Translations under genes and position numbers: made by a program | In this document: in pieces, positions 1 to 11,563 of the stretch | How positions within the stretch are numbered: position 1 is the stretch's first letter | How the letters are laid out: each line of letters opens with the position of its first letter | The notes under the pieces: generated by a model | Databases searched by the model: none | The model's input: the letters and a program-made list of their open reading frames with translations, nothing else | What the model was told of the DNA's origin: nothing | DNA from: Nemertoderma westbladi | Taxonomy: Eukaryota; Animalia; Xenacoelomorpha | Direction of reading: 5' to 3' | Length of the DNA: 48,303 bases | NCBI GenBank assembly: GCA_032718475.1 | Contig: JAUCBJ010006423.1 | Span: 1-48,303 of the forward strand

Positions 1-161
1 GACTTCCTTGATCGATGACTGCTGTTATCAGTGTTCCTCTCCAGTCCCCCATATGTCCTGTATTCGTGTTTCTATATTGATCGATTCATATGTGTATCCT
101 CTCCTCACTCCTGCTGTTTCCTAGGATGTTGTTTATGACAGTTTTGTTTATATTTTTGCAG

Positions 162-277
162 TTGAAACTGATTCACAGTGAATTGTCAATTACATGGATC
201 AGAAAGTTCACCACGTCCAGAGGTCTTCTCCGGTGTCGTTGAAACAGTACCAGTCGGGACACAAGATGAGGGTTGAG
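162..277 (+). CDS. BAIAP2: Exon, I-BAR/IMD domain segment (LKLIHSE/IVNYMDQKVHHVQRSSPVSLKQYQSGHKMRVE); needs +1 nt at ~181
   Basis: Acceptor tttttgcag|, donor GAG|gtgggt. Resembles IRSp53 LKSFHNELLTQLEQKV...LKKYQTE once one A is restored in gaatt (GAA ATT). Confidence 0.75.
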
Positions 278-377
278 GTGGGTGTAATAGAGTTAGGTTA
301 GGGTGGGGGAGGGTTATAGGGTGATGGGGTTGGGGTGGGTGAGGGAATCCCGTTATTTATCGTACCTTTTTGTTTAG

Positions 378-686
378 AAAATGGATAAAGCGCGAATCGA
401 GCTTAAAAAATACCGGAAGAAATGCCAAAGGAATCCTAAATATGAAACCCGGGAGAAACAATGCGCCCGGTCTTACCACGACTTCGCGACGAGAGTGGAA
501 GAGCACAGAGAGTTGGGTAATCGTATGGCACTGAACGAGCAAAGGAAGTTGTATATGTACGCGTTGGATAGACATTGTGCTATAGCCCAGAGCAACCTAG
601 TGTACCATGGGCAGTCGTTGACTTTGTTGCGAGAATTTATACCGGAATGGTACGAGGCTATGAAGAAACCATTGCAACACAACCAG
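378..686 (+). CDS. BAIAP2: Exon, I-BAR/IMD C-terminal helices (KMDKARIELKKYRKKCQRNPKY...ALNEQRKLY...EWYEAMKKPLQHNQ)
   Basis: ttttgtttag| acceptor, CAG|gtaggg donor, 103 open codons. Basic patch ELKKYRKK and ALxExR motif parallel IRSp53 ELKKLRKK...ALTEERRR...LPLWQQA. Confidence 0.9.
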
Positions 687-798
687 GTAGGGTTTCCTAG
701 GTTACTTACACCGGACACTAATCGAGTGACTTCATTGGCCCTTATGAAGAAATAAGTCTTACCGGTACCGGCACTTATTTTCCGCCGTAATAATTTAG

Positions 799-1042
799 GA
801 CTACCACCTGAACCGCGATCTCAGTATCCGCTCCAATACTTCCGGTGTCTCCAGCGGTTCCTCCCCTATACTCCGTCGCGCCCTCGATAAGTCCCAACTC
901 CGGGCCTACAGTATGTACAACATCAACCGGGACTACGGTGACGTCGACTACGAGGATGACGGCAGTCCTGTGGATTACAGTAGAACACTACCGACGAGAC
1001 GAGCTGCGGATGGCGATGTTGTAGGACGTTCTTCTCGACCAT
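799..1042 (+). CDS. BAIAP2: Exon, Ser-rich linker (DYHLNRDLSIRS...DYSRTLPTRR...SSRP)
   Basis: aatttag| acceptor in phase 0. CCA T|gtgagt donor in phase 1 joins the CA of the next exon (TCA, Ser). DYSRTLPTRR resembles IRSp53 SYSNTLPVRK. Confidence 0.8.
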
Positions 1043-1074
1043 GTGAGTGGATGCGTAATGGTTCGTTCTTATCG

Positions 1075-1284
1075 GGGGTCGTCCATAAAGGGTGGGGGGT
1101 GTGGGTCTGCCTTAAATTACCTCTGCAATTTGGGATGAGTGTAAATTTATATTATTATAATAAACTATAAAAATATAATTAATAATAATAATGTAACCAT
1201 TTTTCGTTTTAAATTCGGACGAGGGGGGGGGGGGGGTGGTCCGAAAATCCGGGATTTACTCGGACGTGGTTTATGGACGACCCC
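1075..1284. mobile_element. Small MITE-like element with 15-bp terminal inverted repeats
   Basis: ggggtcgtccataaa (1075-1089) is the exact reverse complement of tttatggacgacccc (1270-1284). No clear TSD. Confidence 0.55.
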
Positions 1285-1494
1285 TCGTGTTCATTCAGTA
1301 ATCAGTTAATTAAATAGAAGTTGCGGGGTGCACTAATATATCCAATGTTGATTATTAGTAATGCACTCGCACTGTTGACAATCCAATTGATTGGTTGAGT
1401 ATTCACAGTTTCCTTAATCACAAGTAGAACCTCAATCTTTTGGTACAGTTTTGTGGCCGCACTTATATTATTTTATTTTATTGTGCACATTAAA

Positions 1495-1590
1495 GAGTTT
1501 ACCTCTCGAATTTACCATCAGAGTTTACCACTCGAGTTTGCCAACCGAGTTTACCATTCCTGTTTGCCATGAGATTTACCCTAGATTGTC
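1495..1590. repeat. Degenerate ~13-bp tandem repeat (gagtttaccactc-like, ~7 copies)
   Basis: gagtttacctctc / gaatttaccatca / gagtttaccactc / gagtttgccaacc / gagtttaccattc ... Confidence 0.6.
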
Positions 1591-1797
1591 AATTCCACGT
1601 TTACCTGGAAATATCTAATTGAGCATCATTGAGACAACCAAAAATATATTTTATTTGAAATGTTAATAACGGTCTGTAAACGTTTGTTTGTATTTTGTCA
1701 TTTCGCCCAAAAATAGACATTTTAGACGTATAAATTTATTGGTGGCAGAAAATATAAATGGAAAAATCTTTTATGCTCGTTAGACCAAGGAATGGCT

Positions 1798-1925
1798 GAT
1801 CTTCCACAGTAAAGTTCTCTGTTTCCTAAAGGAATGCCTGTTCAGTGTTCACCACCATGTATGATCTTCCACAGTAAACCCTTCCACTCTGTTTCCTAAA
1901 GGAATGCCTGTTCACGACTATGGGT
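1798..1925. repeat. 63-bp minisatellite, block 1 (~2 degenerate copies)
   Basis: Unit gatcttccacagtaaacccttccactctgtttcctaaaggaatgcctgttcaccaccatgggt. Confidence 0.85.
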
Positions 1926-3698
1926 CACACCGGGCTTGAACCAACTTTTAGTTCGAAAAATTGAACGGTCAAAATGAATGTCTCACATGATTCATATCAA
2001 CATTCTAACTTAAAAAAACCAAATTTAAAAAAAAACAGTCGATTACTTTTTAAAATAATTGAAAAAAAAACGTTTTTGACCAAAAATTGCACTTTGACAC
2101 CAAATTTTCAAATATAAAAATGCAAAAGATAAAATTGAACGGTGAAAAACAGTATCTCACCTGGTTAATATGGTAATTCTAACTACAAAAAATGAAATTA
2201 AAAAATGTACGGTCGATTACTTTTTAAAAAATTGAAAAAAATCACTTTTGTTCAAAAATAGCATATTTAGCACAAAATTTTCAAATATGAAAATCAATAA
2301 TTACAATTATATAGGTATTTATTCTTTTTCCACAAAGGCTTTCATGTAAGGCGATTGTAATGATAATATTTTCCAAAAGACTTGGTGATATGGTATGCTA
2401 TTTTTCAGTGGGTGCCAAAAATTGGGTACGCACTGTGTACTGTAGCACCAAATTTTCAAGATGAAAATCAATAATTATTATCTTATATGTATTTATTCTT
2501 TTTCCACAAAGGTTTTCATGTAAGGCGAGTATAATGGTAATATTTTCCAAAAGACTTGGTGATATGGTGTGCTATTTTTCAGTGGGTGCGAAAAATTTGG
2601 TACGCACTGTGTAGCACCAAATTTTCAAAGATGATAATCAATACCGGTAATTATTATCTTATATGTATTTATTCTTTTTCCACAAAGATTTTCAAGTAAG
2701 GCGAGTATAATGGTAATATATTCCAAAAGACTTGGTAATATGGTATGCTATTTTTCAGTGGGTGCCAAAAATTGGGTACGCACTGTGTAGCACCAAATTT
2801 TCAAAGATGAAAATCAATAATTATTATTATCTTATATTTATTGAAATTTTTCATATTTTCTCAAGGGTTTTCATGTAAGTCGAGTGGAATGGTAATATTT
2901 TCAAGCTGACTGCATGTTATGGTATGCAATTTTTTAGTGGGTGCAAAAAATTTGGTGTAAACTCTGCTGCACAATAATTTGAATTATTAAATTTCAGAAG
3001 CACTATTTGATAACTGTTTATTATTGTTATATAGCACCAAAATGTCAATATAAAAATTAATTATCCTTTCTTATTGAAGTTCATAATAAAATTAATATAA
3101 ACATATAAACAATGAACATTTTTGGTCCCTTTTAACGATTTGAATACATATAAGGTAATATATTATTTATTTCCATATTTGAAAATTTGGTGCTGCACAG
3201 TGCACAGACCAAACCCAATTTTTGGCACCCACTGAAAAATAGCATATAACCAATTCTTCTGGAAAATATTACCATTATTTTCGCCTTACATGAAAACCTT
3301 TGTGGAAAAAGAATGAATACCTATATGATTGTAATTATTGATTTTCATATTTGAAAATGTGGTGCTAAATATGGTATTTTTGGTCAAAAGTTCTTTTTTC
3401 AATTTTTAAAAAAATAATCGACCGTTAATTTTTTAATTTCATTTTTTTGTAGTTAGAATGACCATATTAACCAGGTAAGATATTCTTATTCACCGTTCAA
3501 TTTTATCTTTTGCATTTTTATATTTGAAAATTTGGTGTCAAAGTGCTATTTTTGGTCAAAAACGGTTTTTTTTCAATTATTTCAAAAAGTAATCGTGAGA
3601 AGTGAGAATTTAAGTGAGAATGTTGATATGAATCAAGTGAGACATTCATTTTGACTGTTCAATTTTTTCAAACTAAAAGTTGGTTCAAGCCCGGTGTG
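1926..3698. mobile_element. Non-autonomous foldback DNA transposon, Chapaev/CMC-like (CAC...GTG termini, 4-bp TSD GGGT, ~520-bp inverted arms)
   Basis: cacaccgggcttgaaccaacttttagt at 1926 is the reverse complement of actaaaagttggttcaagcccggtgtg ending at 3698. Flanked by gggt on both sides; removing it restores the satellite atgggt|gatcttcc. No ORF. Confidence 0.85.
2270..2975. repeat. ~175-bp internal tandem repeat (~4 copies) in the foldback element; one inverted copy at ~3180-3365
   Basis: gcaccaaattttcaa...ttccacaaag...catgtaaggcga...cagtgggtgc recurs near 2270, 2445, 2615 and 2790. Confidence 0.85.
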
Positions 3699-4320
3699 GG
3701 GTGATCTTCCACAGTAAACCCTTCCACTCTGTTCCTAAATGAATGCCTATGCACGCACATCCATGGGTGATCTTCCACAGTAAATCCTTCCACTCTGTTT
3801 CCTAAAGGAATGCCTGTTCACAACCATGTTAATCTTCCACAGTAAACCCTTCCACTCTGTTTCCTAAAGGAATGCCCGTTCACCACATGGGTGATCTTCC
3901 ACAGTAAACCCTTCCACTCTGTTTCCTAAAGGAATGCCTGTTCACAACCATGTTAATCTTCCACAGTAAACCCTTCCACTCTGTTTCCTAAAGGAATGCC
4001 TGTTCACCACCATGAGTGATCTTCCATAGTAAACCCTTCCACTCTGTTTCCTAAAGTAATTCCTGTTCACCACCATGGGTGACCTTCCACAGTAAACCCT
4101 CCCACTCTGTTTCCTACAGGAATGCCTGTTCACCACCATGGGTGATCTTCCACAGTAAACCCTTCCACTCTGTTTCCTAAAGGAATGCCTCTTCACCACC
4201 ATGGTTGATCTTCCACAGTAATCCCTTCCACTCTGTTTCCTAAAGGAAGGCCTGTTCACCACCATGGGTGATCTTCCACAGTAAAACCTTCCACTCTGTT
4301 TCCTAAAGGAATGCCTCTTC
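3699..4320. repeat. 63-bp minisatellite, block 2 (~10 copies)
   Basis: Direct tandem copies; they explain the 21-aa repeat ORF 3942..4265. Confidence 0.95.
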
Positions 4321-6235
4321 TACTACTAGGATCAGCATGCTGCATTGCAGCTGCATTTTTAAGAATGCTGTGCCGGCTTGTCAACAAAATTGCACCGCCA
4401 CAACTCCCTATCACCCATGACATTTGCTAGATCATCCGCATCTTTAAGGCCAGTGTCCTTTAAGATGCGTCTCAAGAAAGTCATGGGCTGTCCACCATGC
4501 TTATTCACTCCATGAGGCTGCCAAAGTACAAGATTATGCACTGGCTGGTCCTCACGGCGAAAGAAATGTCCTGCAAAGCAGAGGCGATTTTGTTCTAGTG
4601 TCAAGCTTGGGGGAACCAATGAGACACCTCCAATGTTATATAGTGTCTGGTTGGAGATGTGTGCATTGTACTTGACACAATGAACCCGGCGTAGCATTCT
4701 TGTGAATGTGCCATCCAGAGATTTGGTGTCATCAGCAGTTAGAGCCCAGCATGGACTCCCATATAAGAGTACTGGAACTACTGCTGCTCTAAATAATCGG
4801 ACCTTAAGTTTCCGATTAATTCTCGGTGACTTCCAAATCCTGGAAAGCCTATTCAAGGCTGCCCATGCATTTCCCTTACCTATTCGAAGGTCCTCACCTG
4901 ACTCCCGGATCCATGATCCCAGGTAACAGAAGTCGTCCACATGCTCAAGCATACCATCCTTTGAGCTTATGCTCATCCGATCAGAGACTTGCTGAGGACT
5001 TTCAAAGTTAACTGTCAGAATTTTGGTCTTTCTGGAGTTAATAAAAAGACCAACACTAGAAGCAGCATGTTCTAATGAGCTGAGGAGCCGTTGGGCTCCC
5101 TCTAATGATTCTGAGAGTACTCCTAAGTCATCAGCAAAGTCTAGATCAGTTAGGTACTTGGCAGGATTTCCTCGACTTCTGGAGCCAGTAGGTGGAGTTA
5201 TCATCACCCCATCATCATTAATGATCTAAGGACATGCGTAGAACATAGTCAACCACAATAATGAACAAGAATGGTGCAAGTGTGTCTCCTTGGAGGACGC
5301 CCCATAACACTTCAAATGGTTCTGTGTCACCGTCAACAGTAGACACAAATGTTGTCGAACCATCGTATACTGATCTGATTGCTGCAATAATTTCATCAGG
5401 AATCCCATATAATGAAAGTATGCTGAACATACGTGAGCGAGAGACTGAATCAAAGGCCTTGAAGAAGTCAACAAAGATAACAGCCAGATGCCTGTCTTTC
5501 TTTTTTGATAACTCTTCAATTATCCTTCTAAGTGCCAAAATGGGCTCCATGGTCCCGCGACCTTTACGGAACCCATTCTGATTTCCACGGAGCAGTCTCT
5601 CAATGGAATCCCTGATGCGATTTAATAGAATCCTATTGTATAGCTTTGCAGCAATCGAGATCAATGAGATTCCCCGAAAAGAACCATAGAGTGTTAGGTT
5701 GCTCTTCTTGGGAACTGGCACCAACTTATTTGTTTGCATTTCTTGTGGGACTCTTGTTGTTCGGTACATGTCTACTATGATGGGATAGATGAGCTTTAAA
5801 CACTCAGGTATTTTAAAGACCTCAGGGGGAACACCATCTACTCCACTGGCACGATTGGTCTTAATGCTCTTTGCAGCAGCCTTCACTTCTGCAAAGGAGA
5901 TATCGCCAATAGGAATATCTGGGAGTACAGACTACCAGTACTACTTATCAGGCAATACCCTGTCATTATTGAGGAGCTTTTCAAAGTGGGCTTTCCAATC
6001 ATTGAGGCGATCGGCTGGTGATTCAGCCTTAACCTTGGTGGTTGGTTGGCTTTTCCGCCCAGTAAGCAGATTGATCGATTTCCATGCCTGGGATGATTGC
6101 CTGCTGTCGTCAGCATCATTGATGGCATCAACCTGTTGGTTTATTAGCTCCTGTAGATTAGCAGAGTACTGCCTGTTCAGGGACCTAGATGCAGCCTTAA
6201 CTGCATTCTTGGCCGCTGTAGTCTGTTTGAGTCGG
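4321..6235 (-). mobile_element. 5'-truncated, disrupted RTE-clade non-LTR retrotransposon (RT domain and C-terminus)
   Basis: RT motifs VPVPKK..FRGISL, NQNGFR.GR, FVDFFKAFDSV, GVLQGDTLAPFLF, LTDLDFADDL, FCYLGS. In-frame stops near 5932 and 5941, frameshift near 5220. Very short 3' UTR ending in (TAG)n at 4321-4329. Confidence 0.92.
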
Positions 6236-6734
6236 GATCTTCCACAGTAAACCCTTCCACTCTGTTTCCTAAAGGAATGCCTCTTCACCACCATGGGTGA
6301 TCTTCCACAGTAAACCCTTCCGCTCTGTTTCCTAAAGGAATGCCTCTTCACCACCATGGGTGACCTTCCACAGTAGACCCTTCCACTCTGTTTCCTACAG
6401 GAATGCATGTTCACCACCTTGGGTGATCTTCCACAGTAATCCCTTCCACTCTGTTGCCTAAAGGAATGCCTGTTCACCACCATGGGTGATCTTCCACAGT
6501 AAACCCTTCCACTCTGTTGTATAAAGGAATGCCTGTTCACCACCATGTGTGATCTTTCACAGTAAACCCTTCCACTCTGTTTCCCAAAGGAATGCCTGTT
6601 CACCACCATGGGTGATCTTCCACAGTAAACCCTTCCACTCTGTTGTATAAAGGAATGCCTGTTCACCACCATGGGTGATCTTCCACAGTAAACCCTTCAC
6701 TTCTGTTTCCTAAAGAAATGCTTGTTCTTCCACA
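6236..6734. repeat. 63-bp minisatellite, block 3 (~8 copies)
   Basis: Period of 63 directly visible (tccacag at 6241 and 6304). Confidence 0.95.
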
Positions 6735-6863
6735 TTTATTTATTTATTTCATAAAAATCGGACAGGCCGACAGTTTAAAATACGCGAAACAAACACACAA
6801 TTTACAAGTTAAAATCCTCAGTAGGTAGGCTAATCACACATCTACTAAATCTAGATCTATTGA

Positions 6864-9590
6864 TCAATAATTTAAATCACATGGATTTGATACACCGAAG
6901 TAGTTGAGTATATAATGGCGTCTCCTTGCAAGTGGGAGAGACAGTTTGTGGCACTGATCAATAAAAGAGGCGTCCATTCTATCCTTGATGGATGGTTCTC
7001 CGGGAGCCACCCTCGACAATATACTTTTGAGTGAGTATTTCATCGTTGCCAGTGAACTCAAGTAGGGAAGTGAGAATCTCGCAGATGCTTTAGCGTATAT
7101 GCTCCCAAGACCAATGTAATTGCTGCCACCATTGGTGGTAACATTGCGTATGAGGGTGATGCCGAGCCCAGAGTTCAAGCTTGTATTTGGGCAGCTCCGC
7201 AAACTCATGATTGTCCGAATAGAGGACCTGGACACATCATTGGCAAATATACTACCACCATTAAATAGCAAATATACGGTGGAGTTACTGGCATATCGCC
7301 CAATACATAACAAACCCCTTAGGAGCCTTCTATAATGAATTTCCAGGATTTCAATCTGCGATTGTGATAGGGCACCAAGAAGGAATTTAAGTCTATATAA
7401 AATCGAGGGCACGCCCACAGCCTTCCACAATCTAACAATAATTGTCTTAACAGTCCATGATTTCCTGCGGATAATGGCATGGACCACCGACATGGTCCTT
7501 ATGCAGTATTGTAGAGCATCCTGTTTCTTTACTACAAGGTTGAATCCGAGGAATACCAACTCTTTCGCTTCAGGTATGAGAGTATTATTTAACACCAGAA
7601 ATGCTGGATGCTGTGATGTTGAGCTGTATATCCACTTCGTCTTGGATTTTCAATTTCTAATCCAATTTTCTTACTTTTCTTGGATATGATTCTCACCATA
7701 TATTGCATCTCTAAACCAGTGGAGGCAAGTAACAGAAAGTCATCGGCATAGCTTAAAGCACCTAGCCACGTGCTATCAATATTACAGCCAACTCCTTTTG
7801 ATTGCAACTCATTCAATAATAGAGGCAGTGAATATGTTGAACAAAATAGGTGATAGAACGGATCCTTGTTTTACTCCTTTTCCCAACGTGTAATATGTGT
7901 ATTTTATCGAATCCCCAAATTATAGAAAGATTTTGGTGCATCTGTAATAATCACAGAGTACAAGCACGATATGTGGATTTAGAAACTCAGTCAGCCGACG
8001 AAAAAGCTTATAGTAATTGACATCATCAAACGCAGATTTTATGTCCAGCTGACACACCTGGGTATGATTACAACAGATGTTCTGCAACCAAAGAACCCTT
8101 GTCAGGGGCCTTCCCCTTCTTCAGTTTTGAAATAATTTTCCGAACAGTTACAGGAGAGACAGATGGCATTGTGACATTACTCTTATTTCCCTTTAACTCG
8201 TTGACTAATCCCACAAGACATTGTTTGGTATAGCTTCCAGTGCAGTAGTATTCCTGTTGAAACCGATTTTCAATAGATTGTTGCACAGCCAGTGGTACAG
8301 TCACAGCGCGGTTATTACCAAAGTATGACCAGAATCGCTTGGGGCTATTTTTATATAAACTTGATGCTTTCAGCAGATTTGTACGCACCTTGTCCTTTAT
8401 AAGTTTGCTCTGTAGATGACGAACAACCGCTTTAGAAGATTGGAACGCTTTCCTCAAATGCTCTTTCACCTTATTATCAGTTGCTTGCTTCCACATGCTG
8501 TGCAAACGTCTTGTCACATATACCCTTTCCTTTAGTGAGGAACAGTTGATCCACGGTTTGCGCCTTTGTCTAATCCGCCTCCGAATTGGTATGTGTCGCT
8601 ACGATGCACTAGATAAGATGTCTTCAACTCTTGCAGTATAATTATGGAGATCCTGTATCGTCCATGTGCATAATTTGCTTTCATAATTGTTATTTAGCTC
8701 AATTAATTCCGTTTCCACCATGTTTGCATATGCTTCAATCTTCTTTTTCGTAGCGCGGTTCCAATTATAACGAACAATACTCAAGTGTTTTACAGTTTTT
8801 GATGCATCAGGGTTATGTGATTTTGTTGATGTCTCTATCCCAATAGTTGCTGCTACTGGAACGTGATCGGAGTTGTTAACTGAAGGATCCATAGACAACA
8901 CTTTGCCACTGATCTTTAGAGTCCCATTTGATACCGTAACGATATGATCCAGGTAGGAGATGCCTACTCCACTTCTATAAAGCGTGTATTTCGGTCCTGA
9001 GAATGAAACATGTGTGTCCACTGCTGTCATTCCACAACTCTCTATAAAATTGTTGAATTTCTTTCCCCTGGACGTGGCAGTGAATCTACTATATTGATTA
9101 CCCTGAAGTGAACCCAGGTCGGCATTGCAGTCTGAGAGTAGAACAGGTATAGCGGTGTGGTTTTCACTTATTACCGCCTGTACCTAGCCAAGATAATGGT
9201 CGTACGTAGCACAGGGTTTGCCTGCATCTGGTGCATATCCAGAGAGAAACAAATACTCAGCTCCATTGCTCTTTATTGTAGTTCTTATTCCAACAACACT
9301 ATCACTAACAGTTATTGGAGAGATGTCCGAATAAATAGACTTACTGAAAAATATAGCTACACCACCTGTGTTCATGTAGGTATAGGTTTTATCAGAAGTT
9401 GCGCAGTAATACGCAGTAAAACTCATCATTAAAATCTGTAAGCAGTTCTTTAGCCTCTTGTTGATCTAGCCAGTGTTCCTGCAGCCCCAATATATCTGTA
9501 TTTACTAATAGCGTATTAATGTAAGCCACATTATTTTCAAAGCCACAACAATTATATGTTATTTATTACTCTAATATTGGAGTCAATATC
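6864..9590 (-). pseudogene. LINE ORF2 (APE endonuclease + reverse transcriptase), frameshifted and internally deleted
   Basis: APE: TYNCCG, ILGLQEHWL, GGVAIF, DCNAD, SYLDHIV, SDHVPV. RT: LKKGKAPD, LDIKSAFD, GVKQGSVLSPILFN, SYADDFLL. Split over several ORFs. Confidence 0.9.
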
Positions 9591-9771
9591 ACATTTCACA
9601 TCCCTCCCAAAATTAATAATTTTCTTTTGACTGCCGCGAACAGATCCACATTCGAGTTTATCATTGAATTGTTTGTGGTTCTGTTCTTGATTTATGCCCC
9701 TGCGCATTCGTTTTGTTCATACCCAGTTCCTACAAGTCCTCTTCCTCCAGCCATTCCTCCGTTGAATATTG

Positions 9772-11340
9772 TTAAAGAGAATGCCTGTGCCCACTCCCCA
9801 CGCTATCTCTATGGTTCCAAGTCCGGCAGCGCATGCTGTGTCGAGGCCAGAAGGTATCATCACTCAGTATTTTTACTTCATCTTCATACGATCCTCCTAT
9901 AGTTGCAAAGCGCATTTTCCGCCATGCTCCATGGTTCCTCGTTGTAATGCGATCAACTGTAATATTATGGGCTGCAAGAAAGTCCATGATATCACCTTCG
10001 GTACACGTACGACGCAGGCCAGTTAGATGGTAAGAGTCAGCGGTATGCCCAACACTGGAAGAGTATCCATTTTCTTTGCTGGTGATATGCTTGTGAGTAT
10101 CTAGACGAGTCAACTTTAGCATGTTGGAATCGTTGAATAATATTGAACTCTTTAAATTATGATAATGTCCATTTATCAACTCCTTGTCTGTCATGGACTG
10201 CCTTGGACTACCCCTGTTGCCAGGGATATTAACCTGAGTTGATTTATGCACTTTGCTTGATGCTAGATACTGCTTACTCCCCATCATTCCCAGAGTAGAA
10301 TGTGCGCTTGTCATCGCTGAGTTTGCATTAGCCCCAGGGACATCTATTTTACATACCATAGGTGGGGGATCAAGTCTTCCAACCTCCACACGTCCCCTTG
10401 AGTCCATATGAACTGGTTTCAATACAGTGGCCTCACTACCAATGGCATCCATTAATTCGTGACGGTGTTCTGCTTCTTTAATTGTAGCATCTTTGTATTT
10501 TGATTCTACACTGTGCTCTTCTTCCAATAGGCTATAGCGGTTGCTTGTAGGTATTATAGGTAAATGTGTGTGAGAGATCAGTTTCGGCTTCCCAATTGAT
10601 TTACATTTTTTCTTCTTAGTGGAGGATCTAAATAATATATTGGTTGCGTCACTAACTGTTGATGGTGATTTGTTAACTACAGAGATATCTTCGCCTGAAG
10701 ATGAAGAACAGCTGGTGTTACTGAACCCCGTACAGCTGGCTGAGTCAACAACTACATAGCTGGAATCTGGACTAGAGTAGTTGCTTGTATGTTGTGCATC
10801 CGTATTGCTGCCACGAGAGACCCTCTGTGTGTGATCAATGCTACATATATTATTAACATATATGTTATCTGTTGAGTCTTTCATTATTCTATTCGTAATT
10901 TTCAATTTGTTAAGATCAGCTTGCATAACCAGTCTGGCATTTCGTTCATGTATTATTTCATCGCTAAGCCTTCTATTCTCCTCATTGAGCCTCTCAAAAT
11001 GTGCTTCCATTTCACTTAATCTTCCTTGTAAAGTCATTGTAACAGTCAGGAGATCGTTTTTTAGACTTTCAACACTGGAACTTTCACCCACGAGAGAAGA
11101 TGCAGTCTTTAGCCGTTTGCGAAGGGAGTCAAGTAGCTTCCCCTCATATAGACACCGCAGCATTTCATATGTCATTGCATAGCTCTGAGGCAGAGGCCCG
11201 TTTCTTTAGTTGTAGCGACATTGCTAGAATTGGCGACATGTATATCTGAACATCCTTAAGTAATCCTTTACGTATAGTATCAAGGTCATCACTTGGTATG
11301 CATGCTATTGCTTTCAGTGCATCTTTTCTAGGCAGTGGAA
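9772..11340 (-). pseudogene. LINE ORF1-like protein (coiled coil, Ser-rich linker, RRM-like C-terminus), frameshift near 11170
   Basis: 467-aa ORF with heptad region and YHLTGLRRTCTEGDI...FWPRHSMRCRTW. The upstream frame LKKRASASELCNDI appears to join YEMLRCLYEG across a frameshift. Confidence 0.7.
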
Positions 11341-11563
11341 CAATGGCATTGGCCCATTGGTGATTGCGATGTTGTGCTGGACTTGTCTCGTAGGTAAATG
11401 GTTGAGTTTGCCAGAGCATAGATGCAAACAAAAGCACCACAGTCATGATCATTATCTTGTCCTGGAAATGGTCGTTCTATACACACCGGTTTCCATTTCG
11501 GTTTGGGGCCATCTATATCCTTAATATGTTCAATAAGATTAAGCACATTACAAATCTTACAGT

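Larger units (their letters stand above)
6735..11563 (-). mobile_element. Decayed, near-full-length two-ORF LINE (RTEX-like) with (TAAA)n tail
   Basis: Tail tttatttatttattt at 6735-6749 on the + strand; ORF2 with APE endonuclease and RT; ORF1 with coiled coil and C-terminal FWP...CR.W motif. Inserted between ccaca and gtaaacc of the 63-bp unit. Clade inferred from motifs only. Confidence 0.8.

Noticed and set aside
2430-3205. RSS-like CACAGTG heptamers in the foldback element's internal repeats (Transib/RAG link)
   Set aside because: No nonamer at 12/23 spacing, and the TSD is 4 bp rather than the 5 bp of Transib.
3942-6672. 21-aa repeat proteins (MVVNRHSFRKQSGRVYCGRSP), including an apparent in-frame fusion to the RTE ORF
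   Set aside because: Translation of the 63-bp minisatellite. The fusion is a 1-in-3 chance at a 5'-truncation junction and hits a stop at 5941.
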